Origin: Myxococcota bacterium
GTDB lineage: Bacteria; Myxococcota_A; Polyangia; Nannocystales; Nannocystaceae
Assembly (NCBI GenBank): GCA_039028615.1
Contig: JBCCHT010000058.1
Span: 10,268 to 74,267 of the forward strand
Reading direction: 5' to 3'
Length of the DNA stretch: 64,000 nucleotides
Shown: positions 50,901 to 62,268 of the stretch, in pieces
Layout of the letters: every line of letters begins with the position of its first letter
Numbering within the stretch: position 1 is the stretch's first letter
Translations under genes and position numbers: made by a program
The notes under the pieces: generated by a model
Seen by the model: only the letters and a program-made list of their open reading frames with translations
Told to the model about the DNA's origin: nothing
The model's database searches: none

Positions 50901-53401
50901 GTACGCTCGGTACGCTCTCGCTCCGTGTCTTCGGTCGTCGCCTTGTCGCGCGGCAGGGGCTGGATCTTGTCGACCTCATCGAAGATGAACGTGATGTCGG
51001 GCGAGGGAACGCTGATCTCCAGCCCGCCCGGCAAGGTGATGTGGTCGCGATGAAAGTCGTTCAAGATGTTCATCAGCGCTTGCTCGACCTCGACTGGACT
51101 CGCTGCCTTTCGGTGATACTCGATCTGCGTGTTGGGAGACGTGACTCGGAAGAGTCGGGGCGAGAAGGTGACGGTGCCCGGGTTTCTTTGCTCTTTGATT
51201 GGCCCAGAGAGGTGCCGCAGCTGTTTTCCTAGCCGGCGATATGTGCTGGCATAGAACGACGAACCGAACTTCACGCCAGCGAAGTGGAATCCGAAGGCGG
51301 TGGCCAGCCATACCAGGGCCAGGTATCCGACAGGATCGGTGGCTGGTCTTCCTTTGTCGTTTCGCGGGAAGAATGTGGTCGTGAGTAGATCGCCGGTTGG
51401 AAGCTCAGGAGAGACTCCTTCAGATCGCGAATCCGTAAGTGGTTTTCCGAAGGCGCCTCCGAGTGCCCTGGTCTCGAACTCGGTATAGAAAACCGCTTCG
51501 CCTACCGTTAGCGCCACTGTTGTTACTGCGGTAAGCCACACGAGCCTGGAAATGAGACCGATGCCGCTTCGCCATGACGCGAAGTTCTGACGGAACTGCT
51601 CTCGGAGTTCGGACATCATCATCGAGATGACTTCACCGTGCTCCAGGGTGTCGCAACCCAGCGATGACTTCACGACGATCGTTGGGCGCCAAGACGACAT
51701 CGAAGCCCAGAAGAGCGTGGCGGAGGCCATTTTTCTATGGCGTATCTGAAGGTTGAGTTCGTTGCCCTGCTCGGAAGTGGCTCTTGGTGTCTGCCCGGAG
51801 AGCGGCTCGTTGGCATTGTCCGCTCGAGCGCCTGCGTAAGGATGAATGATCCACTGGTACTCGAAAGCGGCGAGCACGAGTAGGCACACCAGCATTCCGA
51901 CGATCCACTGTTGGCTGGTCTTGGCGGACCACAGATAGTCGTACGGGTAGGTTTCGTACAGCGGCCGGAGGAGGAGGAGGGTCGCGATCGATATCGTGGC
52001 GCCCGTCAAGAGAAGGGAGATTTGCGGCGACGAGTTGAAGTGGAACCACGGCGTTTTGGGAACACACTGGGCCTTCTTTGCTGTCGCTTTGCTCTGTCCG
52101 ATGGCACTTGCCGCCATGGACGGCAAGCGTGCGCTGATGTTGATCGGAGTGCTCGTTCCTCGCTCGATCGGTGTCTTCGATTTCTTGAGGACGAACGGGT
52201 AGTTGTTGCTTTGCCGATATATGGTGGTGACGGCCGGGTGTTTGATTCGTCTCGTAACCCCAAAAAGGACGGCGACGAGGACGGGGGTGAGGGTAAGGAG
52301 GTGCCAGCTTGCGAAACGACCCCGGTCGCCCGAAAAATGGACGCTGGCGTAGATAAACAGGAAGGTGATGGCGACGCTCGTGACGATCGTCAACTTCGGC
52401 CAGTTCCATAGGCGGTGCCAGCCGGGCCAGTGTCGAAAGGAGTGGCCATCGGGGGTTGGGAGAAGTCCGGAGAGCCAGAACGTGTCGTGAGCGCGAAACA
52501 GCGCTGCTACGCAAAGGCCTGTTCCGAAGCCGAAGCTCGAGATCGCGATCGCGTTGTCGCTGGTGGTGAACGTGAACACGATGACGTTCACCAGTACGGT
52601 GAACGCCAGCAGGATCTGGCACCAGCTCGGTTGGATACCGAACCGAAGGCCACGACGAGAGGCGCTGGGGGATAGGGGGTCGATGTCGACTCGGTATTTC
52701 TCGGCGATCGAGAGCGCTCGATAGACTCCAGCGGTCGTTCCGCAGATCGATATGGCCACCCAGGGGACCTTGAGCGGCTCGATGGCCAGCCAAGGGGCAG
52801 GAACGTAGCCGGCGGCGCAAACCACGATGATGGCCAGGAATGCAACGAGGGCCAGAACACGCGGCCAGCATTCAGTCCACCGCTCGAAGTCGATCGCCAG
52901 TGCGATCGCCAAGGTCCGAGTCGAATAGTAGAGGGGGAGGAGCAACGTGGCGACGACCACGAAGAGGACGAGCCATTCGAGGATGACCAAGGCTGTCGGA
53001 AATTCTTTCTCGTGACTGTCCGAGAAGAACTCGCTGAGCCAGAACTCCAGGAGCTGCGACGTGAGCAGGAAGAAGGTCAGTATCGCGGCGATGGTGCAGG
53101 CGAACAGCAGCAGGTCGAGCGGGCGGCGACCGGCCTTGCTTCGAACGAAGCGCTCGTACACCTCGGTTTCGTACTGCCCGAGCACGAAATCCGTGAAGGT
53201 CGTTTTCCCAGTGCCGCGATAGCCTGTGATCAAGTACGAGCCGTGGGTGCTCGCACTGCGGAGAAGATCGAGCAGTCGGGCTCTCTGACGCGCACGGCCA
53301 ATCAGTGTCTCGTTGGCAGGCGGTGGTGCAGAATTGGAGCCTTCATAGAGACCGAGATCGGAGGCATAGATCTTGTTGGTTGGGGAGCGATCGTCAGTCA
53401 T
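47966..53401 (-). CDS. Giant multi-pass membrane P-loop NTPase (KAP/STAND-like) with TPR-like C-terminus, ~1811 aa
   Basis: LIGR, Walker A GYRGTGKT, many TM helices, Walker B ITFIFDEVDK, RFIFIGG, SRGGP, TPR-like LGELCDFDQEFERARYHYGKA and IGMTYERAKNHERAIGIY. The start codon is an estimate. Confidence 0.85.
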   Translation of the reverse strand: MTDDRSPTNKIYASDLGLYEGSNSAPPPANETLIGRARQRARLLDLLRSASTHGSYLITGYRGTGKTTFTDFVLGQYETEVYERFVRSKAGRRPLDLLLFACTIAAILTFFLLTSQLLEFWLSEFFSDSHEKEFPTALVILEWLVLFVVVATLLLPLYYSTRTLAIALAIDFERWTECWPRVLALVAFLAIIVVCAAGYVPAPWLAIEPLKVPWVAISICGTTAGVYRALSIAEKYRVDIDPLSPSASRRGLRFGIQPSWCQILLAFTVLVNVIVFTFTTSDNAIAISSFGFGTGLCVAALFRAHDTFWLSGLLPTPDGHSFRHWPGWHRLWNWPKLTIVTSVAITFLFIYASVHFSGDRGRFASWHLLTLTPVLVAVLFGVTRRIKHPAVTTIYRQSNNYPFVLKKSKTPIERGTSTPINISARLPSMAASAIGQSKATAKKAQCVPKTPWFHFNSSPQISLLLTGATISIATLLLLRPLYETYPYDYLWSAKTSQQWIVGMLVCLLVLAAFEYQWIIHPYAGARADNANEPLSGQTPRATSEQGNELNLQIRHRKMASATLFWASMSSWRPTIVVKSSLGCDTLEHGEVISMMMSELREQFRQNFASWRSGIGLISRLVWLTAVTTVALTVGEAVFYTEFETRALGGAFGKPLTDSRSEGVSPELPTGDLLTTTFFPRNDKGRPATDPVGYLALVWLATAFGFHFAGVKFGSSFYASTYRRLGKQLRHLSGPIKEQRNPGTVTFSPRLFRVTSPNTQIEYHRKAASPVEVEQALMNILNDFHRDHITLPGGLEISVPSPDITFIFDEVDKIQPLPRDKATTEDTERERTERTLRLLANLKGLMSSAPARFIFIGGRNLHDEWLADRTAQRPLLSTIFDAEIYIPSLLVDDIGKRMTDGTLAYVQAQLARSSKRARHWQQRHDIVFGHRNSVLPVYVQNPVVTPLSARTEAGADGTSNDFRVLEVGPREANEHSLPEKELWSEEFGREVIEYLTFRSRGGPKQLDALFEGFVRSAGRIIDDKRIRWGQFTGPHVLYFGDIDRFRVGMTSEVYRRLANRFEQRLAGRDDKAVRSLLQLVDFVTKFHRRAFSWSSLERMEELSHIHRIPDLRDMVTEFVEDWNGEYLHPILNGMYSFRFRSDMAAEVAYLSRASQAEMASYNFTLDETQRLKDQYRARIANSKGDDAHLQEFHSALGELCDFDQEFERARYHYGKAIDYLDEQHGTSAPEGENWRSAQRRFFQNRGAWCIARIRLMLQIGMTYERAKNHERAIGIYRDARTLGNRMSDAYLCGADPRVSAIDSLKHWRIIYLPLFAEAWLAEKSSVGVENSVSMVERELRALRKDLPFVKKGSEIPNENYLDPRQPEDTNFALAMSDVHAQAVDLYFWKGASGSIQTGYRQRALYHACLAMHDIRSFCWHRAMSSEKKLGAPLDSSGVLPRAISLRVERLLVAVSELWLSQLDPCEPEIWAGGTSQNASITVLLEWLRGIGSRQEWGRWNAAQLILEEVPCLQEKEGTFHRYDETSALAMEVMEQHGDASTMVRTGVRFAYSIYCLAAASEMQNGELAQALRPSVEVAKTTLGRCLRRILVAGSLVDGKEQWRSHRSMISVVVVWFLLELLAEEDTKSRDHVDTRATIRQWLVGQGIMQANAGKPNPRTVLEHMIDRFPYPMYYRMVAVRGLVDHATRRKAEQSPADLRYPRELLRLESLFDSPGHFSPMTVGLTIGGFVLSRMKSSRGLSDELESLANEALRKLRAGLGIVEGQREYHQLIAGLHCLDDDFNDRALHMEHALGIACYQRAKEMERQLVDAG

Positions 53402-54365
53402 GGGCCATTGGGGGCGGGTCGACGGAGATGGCCGCGGCGGAAGAACCGAGGGCCGGCGAGCGGAGTGCGCTGGTAGGGTCCCGCGCAGGCCTGGGAGAAC
53501 CGCGCTGAATACTGAGGTGGAGGTTGTGGGGGGAAAATTTCGGGTTCTGAAGAAAATCCCTTCGATCGTTTGGTTCGTCACCGAAGTGGCACCTTCGTGC
53601 AAGAACTGCCGTCGTGGTTTCGTGTTCGACGACGGAGCCACGGCAGCACGGATCGGATTGGAGCTACATGTCCAGAGGTGGCTTCGTGGAGTCGGCCGCG
53701 GGCCACCACGGAACTCGGAGACCGGCGACACCGCTCGGGGCGAAGAGGGCGTGAGGCGGACGGGCTCGGAGGGGTCGGCGATCGAATACGTCGGCGCCGA
53801 TGGGCCGCGACCGCTGGAGGTCGGGCCGTCGGTGATGTGAACCGACGGAGCGGGATTCAACCTGCACGTGTAACGACCAGGTAGATCCACGGCGCCGCGA
53901 TCTTTCAGACACGCAGTGGAAGACGATTGAGAGCGGACCGGAGAGACCGCGCCGAAATGTTCGCGGTTGCGACCGTCGAAGAGCGGGGAGTCACGGCTGC
54001 CGTCGACCGTCCAACGCAAGCGCGCGGTGGAGGTCTCGTTCGACGACGGAGCAACTCGCTCGGGAGGCGAGAGCGTTGCTCGAGCGCCCGATGCAGAGGT
54101 ACCCCGTGGCGGACTGAGGCGGTGTCGGGCAAGCCCTGCCGGACGGCGCCGGGCTGACATTGGTCATCCAGACGTGCTCGACAGAAGTCGGCCCCAGCCC
54201 GTTGAGGATGACACCCATAGCGCCGCAGTTGAAAACGGCGAGTTGCGTCCGAGGCTCTCCCCGAACTCTTCGTGCCGCCGTTTGGGACCTGCGGCACGGC
54301 AAAAGTCACTCTGCTCGACGGTCGCAGCGACGCGTTGACCTGGCCTCACAGGTTATCGTGGTGCC

Positions 54366-56372
<2,007 letters not shown>

Positions 56373-56461
56373 GGCCTCGGGCGGGGCGCGCGAGCTTGCG
56401 CGGCCCCGTTTGAGCGAGAAACTTCGGGGCTGGACGCCCGCATGTTATTGCGGCGTTCGGC

Positions 56462-57319
56462 ATGCCTCGTGTGCGACGCGCGACTTCGAAGATCGGCCTC
56501 GTAGGGGCTCTGGGAGCGTTCCTGGGGCTATTGACGCTCGGGGCCTGCGACGAAGAGACGGGCAGCAGCGAAGACCGAGCCTCCATGGAGGAGCGGATCG
56601 GCGACGTGCTGCCCGTGGTGGTGCCGCAGGACGCCCCGCTGCCCGCCGACCGGGCGGAGATCCTTCGCGAGCTCGCGCCCCTGCCCAGTGACGCGCTGGT
56701 CGTGGTGTTCGAGGTCCAGGGTCCGGGAGGACTCGAAGGCACGCTCGAGGTGCTGGCGCGACCGGGCGGCTATCGGCGGGAGAACTGGACGCTCGAGGTC
56801 CCGCTGGGACGCGAAGGCACGCGGCGCTTGGCCGGGTCGACGATTCAGACTCCCGATGGCGTGTGGATGGAAGGCACCGCGCCCGAGACCTTCACGTCCT
56901 CGCCCCTCGGTGCTCTGGCGGATGCGTACCTCGAGCTCGACGAAGAGCATCGCCGCGAGGTGATGGACAACTTGCGAGGCCTGCGATCGACGCTGGCCGA
57001 GGCTCGCGGCAACGAGCTGGCCACCCCCGAGAAGATCCTGGGCGTGCCGTGTCACGACGCTCGGGTCGCGACCATCGACATGTGTCTGTGGGAGGCGACC
57101 GGTCTGCCGCTGCGCTACGATAGCGAAGGTCTGAAGCTACGCGCGCTCAACATCGACACGAAGGTGAGCATCGGCGAGCACGCGTTCGACTTGCCCTTCG
57201 CGACGAGCGGCGACGCCAACTTCGACGCCGAGGCCGCGCTGGCCCGACTCGCCGAGGGCGATCTCAGCGAGCTCGCGCCGCTGCTGCATCCCGGCTTGCG
57301 GATGCCGCACGCGGTCTAG
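56462..57319 (+). CDS. Hypothetical lipoprotein
   Basis: Lipobox LGAC; C-terminal half loosely resembles LolA/DUF4412 folds. Confidence 0.7.
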   Translation: MPRVRRATSKIGLVGALGAFLGLLTLGACDEETGSSEDRASMEERIGDVLPVVVPQDAPLPADRAEILRELAPLPSDALVVVFEVQGPGGLEGTLEVLARPGGYRRENWTLEVPLGREGTRRLAGSTIQTPDGVWMEGTAPETFTSSPLGALADAYLELDEEHRREVMDNLRGLRSTLAEARGNELATPEKILGVPCHDARVATIDMCLWEATGLPLRYDSEGLKLRALNIDTKVSIGEHAFDLPFATSGDANFDAEAALARLAEGDLSELAPLLHPGLRMPHAV

Positions 57320-57398
57320 GCTCCTCGCGTCGGCCCACCCTCGATCGCTCACGGACGCGGGGGCGGCTTTCCGGTATGGTCTGCGCCGGACGACGCCC

Positions 57399-57770
57399 AT
57401 GTCGGAGACACGCATTCAGAGCTTTGCCGAGTTTTGGCCCTATTATATCGGTGAGCATCGGCTGCCGGTTTGTCGGGGACTGCACTACTTCGGCACGACG
57501 ACCGCCATGGCCACCGCGATCGCGGCCGTCGTCACCGCGACTCCGCTGCTGTGGATCCTCGTGCCCCTCGTCGGCTACGGGCCCGCGTGGATCGGGCACT
57601 TCTTCCTCGAGAAGAACCGACCGGCGACCTTCAAGTACCCGCTGTGGTCGCTGATGTCCGACTTCAAGATGCTGAGCCTGGCCGCGCGCGGAAAGATGGG
57701 CGACGAGGTCGTGCGCCTGTACGGCAGCCGCAGCCCCAGCGCCAACGCCCCGCTGCTCGCCACGCGCTGA
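57399..57770 (+). CDS. DUF962 / Mpo1-like membrane protein
   Basis: FAEFWPYYIGEH, LHYFGT, GYGPAWIGHFFLEKNRPATFKYPLWSL. Confidence 0.92.
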   Translation: MSETRIQSFAEFWPYYIGEHRLPVCRGLHYFGTTTAMATAIAAVVTATPLLWILVPLVGYGPAWIGHFFLEKNRPATFKYPLWSLMSDFKMLSLAARGKMGDEVVRLYGSRSPSANAPLLATR

Positions 57771-58200
57771 CGGCCGTCGGCGACCGGCCGAAAACACGAA
57801 GACTCCACACGTTTCGATGTTGCGCGAAGTTGTCACCTGGCAAGTTCGCCCGTCGACTCGATGCGGCAATTTCATTGCCGGTCTGTGACCAGGTCGACGC
57901 ATCGGCGGGTCATGCTGACCGAGCAATCAACGGATGCGATGGGTGCCATCAGCGGGCGCGATCATCGATCTCGTTCGGGTGATCCATTACCCGTTGGGGA
58001 CGGTTTCCGACGATCCAGACGGGATTCGAGCCCGTACTGCATTCGAAAGAAAAACGACGCATCGCGACATGTCGGGTGAAACATCACCGGCGTTTCACCT
58101 TTCCAAACTTTATCGACTTTACGTTGGCAACCGTCGACCGTCTCGATCGTCGTTAAGTAGTGAGGGCCAGGGTATTGGCCCCGCGGAGGTTCGCGCCCCC

Positions 58201-58851
58201 TTGATCCCCGCTCCCCCCTTGGTATCCGGCTCCGAGCCCGTTTCCCCCGACGGGACGGAGCCGGACGCCCCCGTTGTTCGTCAACGAGAGTCGTCCAGCG
58301 CTTCCCATCGCGCGCCCTTGTCCGTCCGACTCGAGCGCCACGCCAGCCTCACCTTGGCCGCGCTCGGGCCCGAGTGCGCGGGGTGGATCGGCGACTACCA
58401 GCATCACGCGGGCGAGGGATCTGCGCTCGGCTTCCTCGAGTTCGTCATCGCCCACACCGGCGAGCACGTGCTGCTCAGTCTCGCGCGCTTCGAACGCGCG
58501 CTGCTCGTGGCTCGGTACGCGCGTGATCGCGAGGACCCCGACACGAACCTCGCGCTTGGGCCTCGGCTGTGCCTGCATCCTGCCGCGCGCACCATCGACC
58601 TGCCCGGTCCCGCCGACCAAGTGATCGCGGCCGTCTCGCTCGGTCTCGACGTCCTGCCCTACGCCGGTTGGCCCGTGCTCGTGGCGCCCGGCCTGCCCAC
58701 GCTATGGCGCAAGGCTTCGCCCATCGAAGACGCCCTGTGCACGTGGCTCACTCGCCCGCGCAACACGAGCGAAGTGCTCGCCCGCTTCCCCGGCGGCGAG
58801 CACGTCCTTCCGTCGCTGCTGGCCGCGCGCGCGCTCGTCAGTCGCGGCTGA
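58201..58851 (+). CDS. Hypothetical protein, loosely like DUF692-partner (HvfC/BufC-type) domains
   Basis: Protein-like from about 58320 (LSLARFERA...LHPA...LVAPGLPTLWR). The start codon is uncertain. Confidence 0.5.
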   Translation: MIPAPPLVSGSEPVSPDGTEPDAPVVRQRESSSASHRAPLSVRLERHASLTLAALGPECAGWIGDYQHHAGEGSALGFLEFVIAHTGEHVLLSLARFERALLVARYARDREDPDTNLALGPRLCLHPAARTIDLPGPADQVIAAVSLGLDVLPYAGWPVLVAPGLPTLWRKASPIEDALCTWLTRPRNTSEVLARFPGGEHVLPSLLAARALVSRG

Positions 58852-58880
58852 GCGCGGCGTGCCGTGCTCAGCTGGGGCCT

Positions 58881-59666
58881 TCAGGCCTCGATGCGCACGA
58901 GCAGCGCGGTGATGTTGTCGTTGCCGCCCGCGTCGTTGGCCTGTTTGACCAGCGTCGTCGTGGCGGTATCGATGCTCGAAAAGCGGGTGGCGGTGGCGAG
59001 CATCGTCTCGTCGTCGAGCATGCCGCACAGACCGTCGGAGCACAGCAGGAACACGTCGTCGCGCTGATACTCGTCGACCACGATGTCCACGTAGACCTGC
59101 TCGGCGAGCCCCAGCGCGCGCACGACCACGTTCTTGTGCGGGAAGTTCTCGACCTCTTCGCCGCTCATTTCCTTCATGCGGCGATAGTCGTTGAGCAGCG
59201 AGTGATCTTCGGTGAGCTGGGAGATCGTGCCGCCGCGGATCCGGTACACCCGGCTGTCGCCCACGTGCCCGATATAGAACCGGCCCTGGTGGAAGAACAT
59301 CGAGTCGACGGTGCAGCCCATGCCCTTTTTGGAAGGGTCACTACGCCCCGTCTGGAAGATCCGCGTGTTGGCCAGCTTCACCGCGGTGCTCATGCGATCG
59401 CGCTCCGCGTGCAGCTGGGGTAGCCGAAAGGGCCACGAAACGGGCGGGTCGGCCGCGGTTCGGCGGTAGTACTCGTCGATGGTCTGCACGGCGATCTGGC
59501 TGGCGACCTCGCCGCTGGCGTGACCGCCCATACCGTCGGACACCACCGCCAGCGGCATGTCCTCCGGGACGAGGAAATTGTCCTCGTTGTGGTCGCGCAC
59601 TCGGCCGATATCGGTCACGCCCGAGAAACGCACGCGGAACTGACCGTCACGGAAGCTGATGCTCAT
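58881..59666 (-). CDS. PP2C-family Ser/Thr phosphatase
   Basis: TDIGRVRDHNED, DGMGGH, HVGDSRVY, LCSDGL, GGNDNIT. Confidence 0.95.
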   Translation of the reverse strand: MSISFRDGQFRVRFSGVTDIGRVRDHNEDNFLVPEDMPLAVVSDGMGGHASGEVASQIAVQTIDEYYRRTAADPPVSWPFRLPQLHAERDRMSTAVKLANTRIFQTGRSDPSKKGMGCTVDSMFFHQGRFYIGHVGDSRVYRIRGGTISQLTEDHSLLNDYRRMKEMSGEEVENFPHKNVVVRALGLAEQVYVDIVVDEYQRDDVFLLCSDGLCGMLDDETMLATATRFSSIDTATTTLVKQANDAGGNDNITALLVRIEA

Positions 59667-59783
59667 GCCCCGTCAACGGTACCAAGGGGCGGTAGGCGTC
59701 CACCAGCACCCTCGCCGGGCCGCCCCGCACGACCGCTTCCGGGCCGGAATGCGGGTTCGACCACGGGCTGCTACGCTGCGCGG

Positions 59784-61526
59784 GTGAGCGACAGCGCGAT
59801 CGGAGCGCAGGGAACCCAGCAGGTCAACCTTGCCCAGGTCAGCGTCCCGCGGCTCCTGTTCGCGTTGCTTCGTCAGCGCTTCACCGGGCGGCTGTTGGTG
59901 CAGCAACCCCCACCCCACATGGGCAACCGCGGCGTGTGGTTCCGGGGGGGCATGCCCTTGTTCACCGACTGGTCTTCACCACCCGACGTGCTGGGCCAGG
60001 TGCTCGTTCATTCGCGCACCATCGATGAAGAACAGCAGCTGCGCGCGCTCGAAGCGATGGCCGCCGACGGCGGCCTGCTCGGAGCCCACCTCGTCAGCCA
60101 AGGGGCGCTCGATCGGGCGCGCCTGCTCGAGGGGTTGCGGCGGCAGTGCGAGCGCAAGCTGGTCAAGCTCTTCGCGCTGCGGGCCGGGCAGGCCCACGTC
60201 GTCATCGGTGACGCGCCCGAGATCGAAGCCGACCTGCTGCCCGTGAATGCCCTGCGGTTGATCCGGGCGGGTGTCAGCTCGATCTTCGATCATCAGCGCA
60301 TCCACGACGAACTCGGACCCATCGTGCGGGCCACCGTTCAGGCTGCGCCCTCGCTCACCAAGTATCGCGCCCACTTCATGTTCCCCGCCGCCGACGAGCC
60401 CATGCTCGACGCGCTGGTGAAGGGCACCACCGTGGCTCAGCTCGGTGCGCTCAGCAACGCGCCCGACCGCGCCGTGCAGCTGGTCTACACCCTGTGGGCC
60501 TGCCAGATGTTGCGGGCCGACACCAGCAACGTGGCCCCCGTCGCCGAGCAGTCGGCAGCTTCCGCGGCAGCTCCTCCCGCTCCGGCAGTACCCGTCGCTC
60601 CGGCAGCTCCCGTCGCAGCTCCCGCTCCGGCCGCTCCCGCGGCCCCCGTCGCATCGGCGCCTCCCAGCCCATCGCCGGCCGTACCGAAGCCAGCCGCCGC
60701 AGCGGTGACCGCCTCCGCCGACGATGACGACGACGATCGGTTCATCGTGGAGCTGCGCACCCTCGAGTCGCGCATCGAGCAGGGCGATCATGCCTTCGAT
60801 CTCTTCGGGCTCGAGCTGTCCGCCACCAAGCGTGACCTTCGAAGGGTCTGGGGCGACCTCAGCCGCAAGTTCCACCCCGATGCCTTGAGCGCCTCCGGTC
60901 GCACCCATCTGCGCGATCGAGTCAGCAGCGTCTTTGCGGCGCTCAGCGAGGCTCACCAGATCCTCGGCGATGCCGAGCAGCGCCAGCAGCTCCGCGAGTC
61001 CATCGAAAAGGGCGAGCACACGACCACCACCGACGGTCGCGATGCCACTGCCCAAGCCCGCGCCGTGTTTCAGAGCGAGCTGCTGGCCAAAGAAGCCGAC
61101 AAGCTGCTGCGCGCCAACAAGTTCGACCGAGCGCTCGAGCGCTACCGCGAGGCGGCCACCTACAACGCCGAAGAGCCCGACATCAAGGCCGCCACCGCGT
61201 GGTGCGAGTACCAGGTCTCCGGCAAGGACACGCCCGACAAGACGGCCGCGCGCGACAAGCTCTTCGCCGTCATCGAAGAGTCCCCCCGGATCCCCCGCGC
61301 CCACTACTTCCTCGGCTTCGTGCTCAACGACCTCGGCAACCCGGCGGCGGCCATCGATGCCTTCGGCAAGGCCGTCGAGCTCGACCCCCGGCTCATCGAC
61401 GCCGAACGCCAAGCACGAGCGCTCAAGATGAAGATGGGGCGCTCCCCCGACAAAGGCGGCAAGCCCAAGTCCAAGGACAGCAAAGGGGCGTTTTCCGGGC
61501 TCCGGGGTTTGTTCGGCAAGAAGTAG
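59784..61526 (+). CDS. DUF4388-like, J-domain and TPR protein
   Basis: N-terminal RFTGRL...VWFRGG..LGQVL; KFHPD J-domain motif; C-terminal TPRs. Confidence 0.88.
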   Translation: MSDSAIGAQGTQQVNLAQVSVPRLLFALLRQRFTGRLLVQQPPPHMGNRGVWFRGGMPLFTDWSSPPDVLGQVLVHSRTIDEEQQLRALEAMAADGGLLGAHLVSQGALDRARLLEGLRRQCERKLVKLFALRAGQAHVVIGDAPEIEADLLPVNALRLIRAGVSSIFDHQRIHDELGPIVRATVQAAPSLTKYRAHFMFPAADEPMLDALVKGTTVAQLGALSNAPDRAVQLVYTLWACQMLRADTSNVAPVAEQSAASAAAPPAPAVPVAPAAPVAAPAPAAPAAPVASAPPSPSPAVPKPAAAAVTASADDDDDDRFIVELRTLESRIEQGDHAFDLFGLELSATKRDLRRVWGDLSRKFHPDALSASGRTHLRDRVSSVFAALSEAHQILGDAEQRQQLRESIEKGEHTTTTDGRDATAQARAVFQSELLAKEADKLLRANKFDRALERYREAATYNAEEPDIKAATAWCEYQVSGKDTPDKTAARDKLFAVIEESPRIPRAHYFLGFVLNDLGNPAAAIDAFGKAVELDPRLIDAERQARALKMKMGRSPDKGGKPKSKDSKGAFSGLRGLFGKK

Positions 61527-61615
61527 GGCGGCGAGTCCCCGGCCCCGCCCTCGTACGGCGACGAACGACGCATCCCGCCCCCCGGGACGCGTCGTTCATC
61601 CACCTTCTCGTCATG

Positions 61616-62170
61616 CTACGGCTGGAGGTGGACGCGGAAGCGCTTGGGACCGTGGATGCCGCGGGCCCGGAGTTCGAATTCACTGTGACCGTATAGCTCG
61701 AGCATGGACTCGCCCGAGATGTCCGGGAATATGAGCGGGGTCCAGGGCCCGACGGGTTGACCCGTCTCGGGATCGACACTGCGAACCTCTACATCTCGGT
61801 CGCCGTTGCGCAGTCCCACCTCGTAGGTCAGGTCGCCCGGCACGGTGCTGTGGATGACCCAGTGGCCGTCCTCGTCCTCGTCGTAGAACGCTTGCTCGCA
61901 TGCCCGGAGATCGGCGAAGCCGTCGTCGAATGCCAGCTCCGCGAAGTCGAGCCCGATGTCGACCTCCTCGGACGACGGGTGCTCGACGAGCTGCTCCAGG
62001 CGTAGCGCCTCGCAGTCGATCGCCGCGCTTCGGGCCACGATCTCGTCGTCCTCGAGCAGGATGTTCGGCGAGGCCTCGGCGGGGTCGCACGCGCCCGCGA
62101 CGAGGATGCCCAGGCCGAGGATCGAGGAAGCGAAGGAGCGAAGGGGGGAGTCGAAAGTCTTCATGGTCAT
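61616..62170 (-). CDS. Hypothetical acidic lipoprotein
   Basis: Lipobox AGAC. Confidence 0.7.
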   Translation of the reverse strand: MTMKTFDSPLRSFASSILGLGILVAGACDPAEASPNILLEDDEIVARSAAIDCEALRLEQLVEHPSSEEVDIGLDFAELAFDDGFADLRACEQAFYDEDEDGHWVIHSTVPGDLTYEVGLRNGDRDVEVRSVDPETGQPVGPWTPLIFPDISGESMLELYGHSEFELRARGIHGPKRFRVHLQP

Positions 62171-62268
62171 TGTCCCGCCCCGCTCGGCATCGTGTTCGTG
62201 TGCCGCGGGGCTCATGAAGGGAATGGACAACGGACCCCGACTCTATTCACCCCCTCGAAGATTTCTTC

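Noticed and set aside
53402..54160. 253-aa N-terminal extension of the giant NTPase ORF
   Set aside because: Its S/P/R-rich composition is typical of non-coding GC-rich DNA, and domain-like sequence begins at MTDDRS.
58010..58040. tRNA T-arm-like hairpin on the minus strand (ACGGG CTCGAAT CCCGT)
   Set aside because: The loop lacks TTC, and I could not build D, anticodon or acceptor arms or find CCA.
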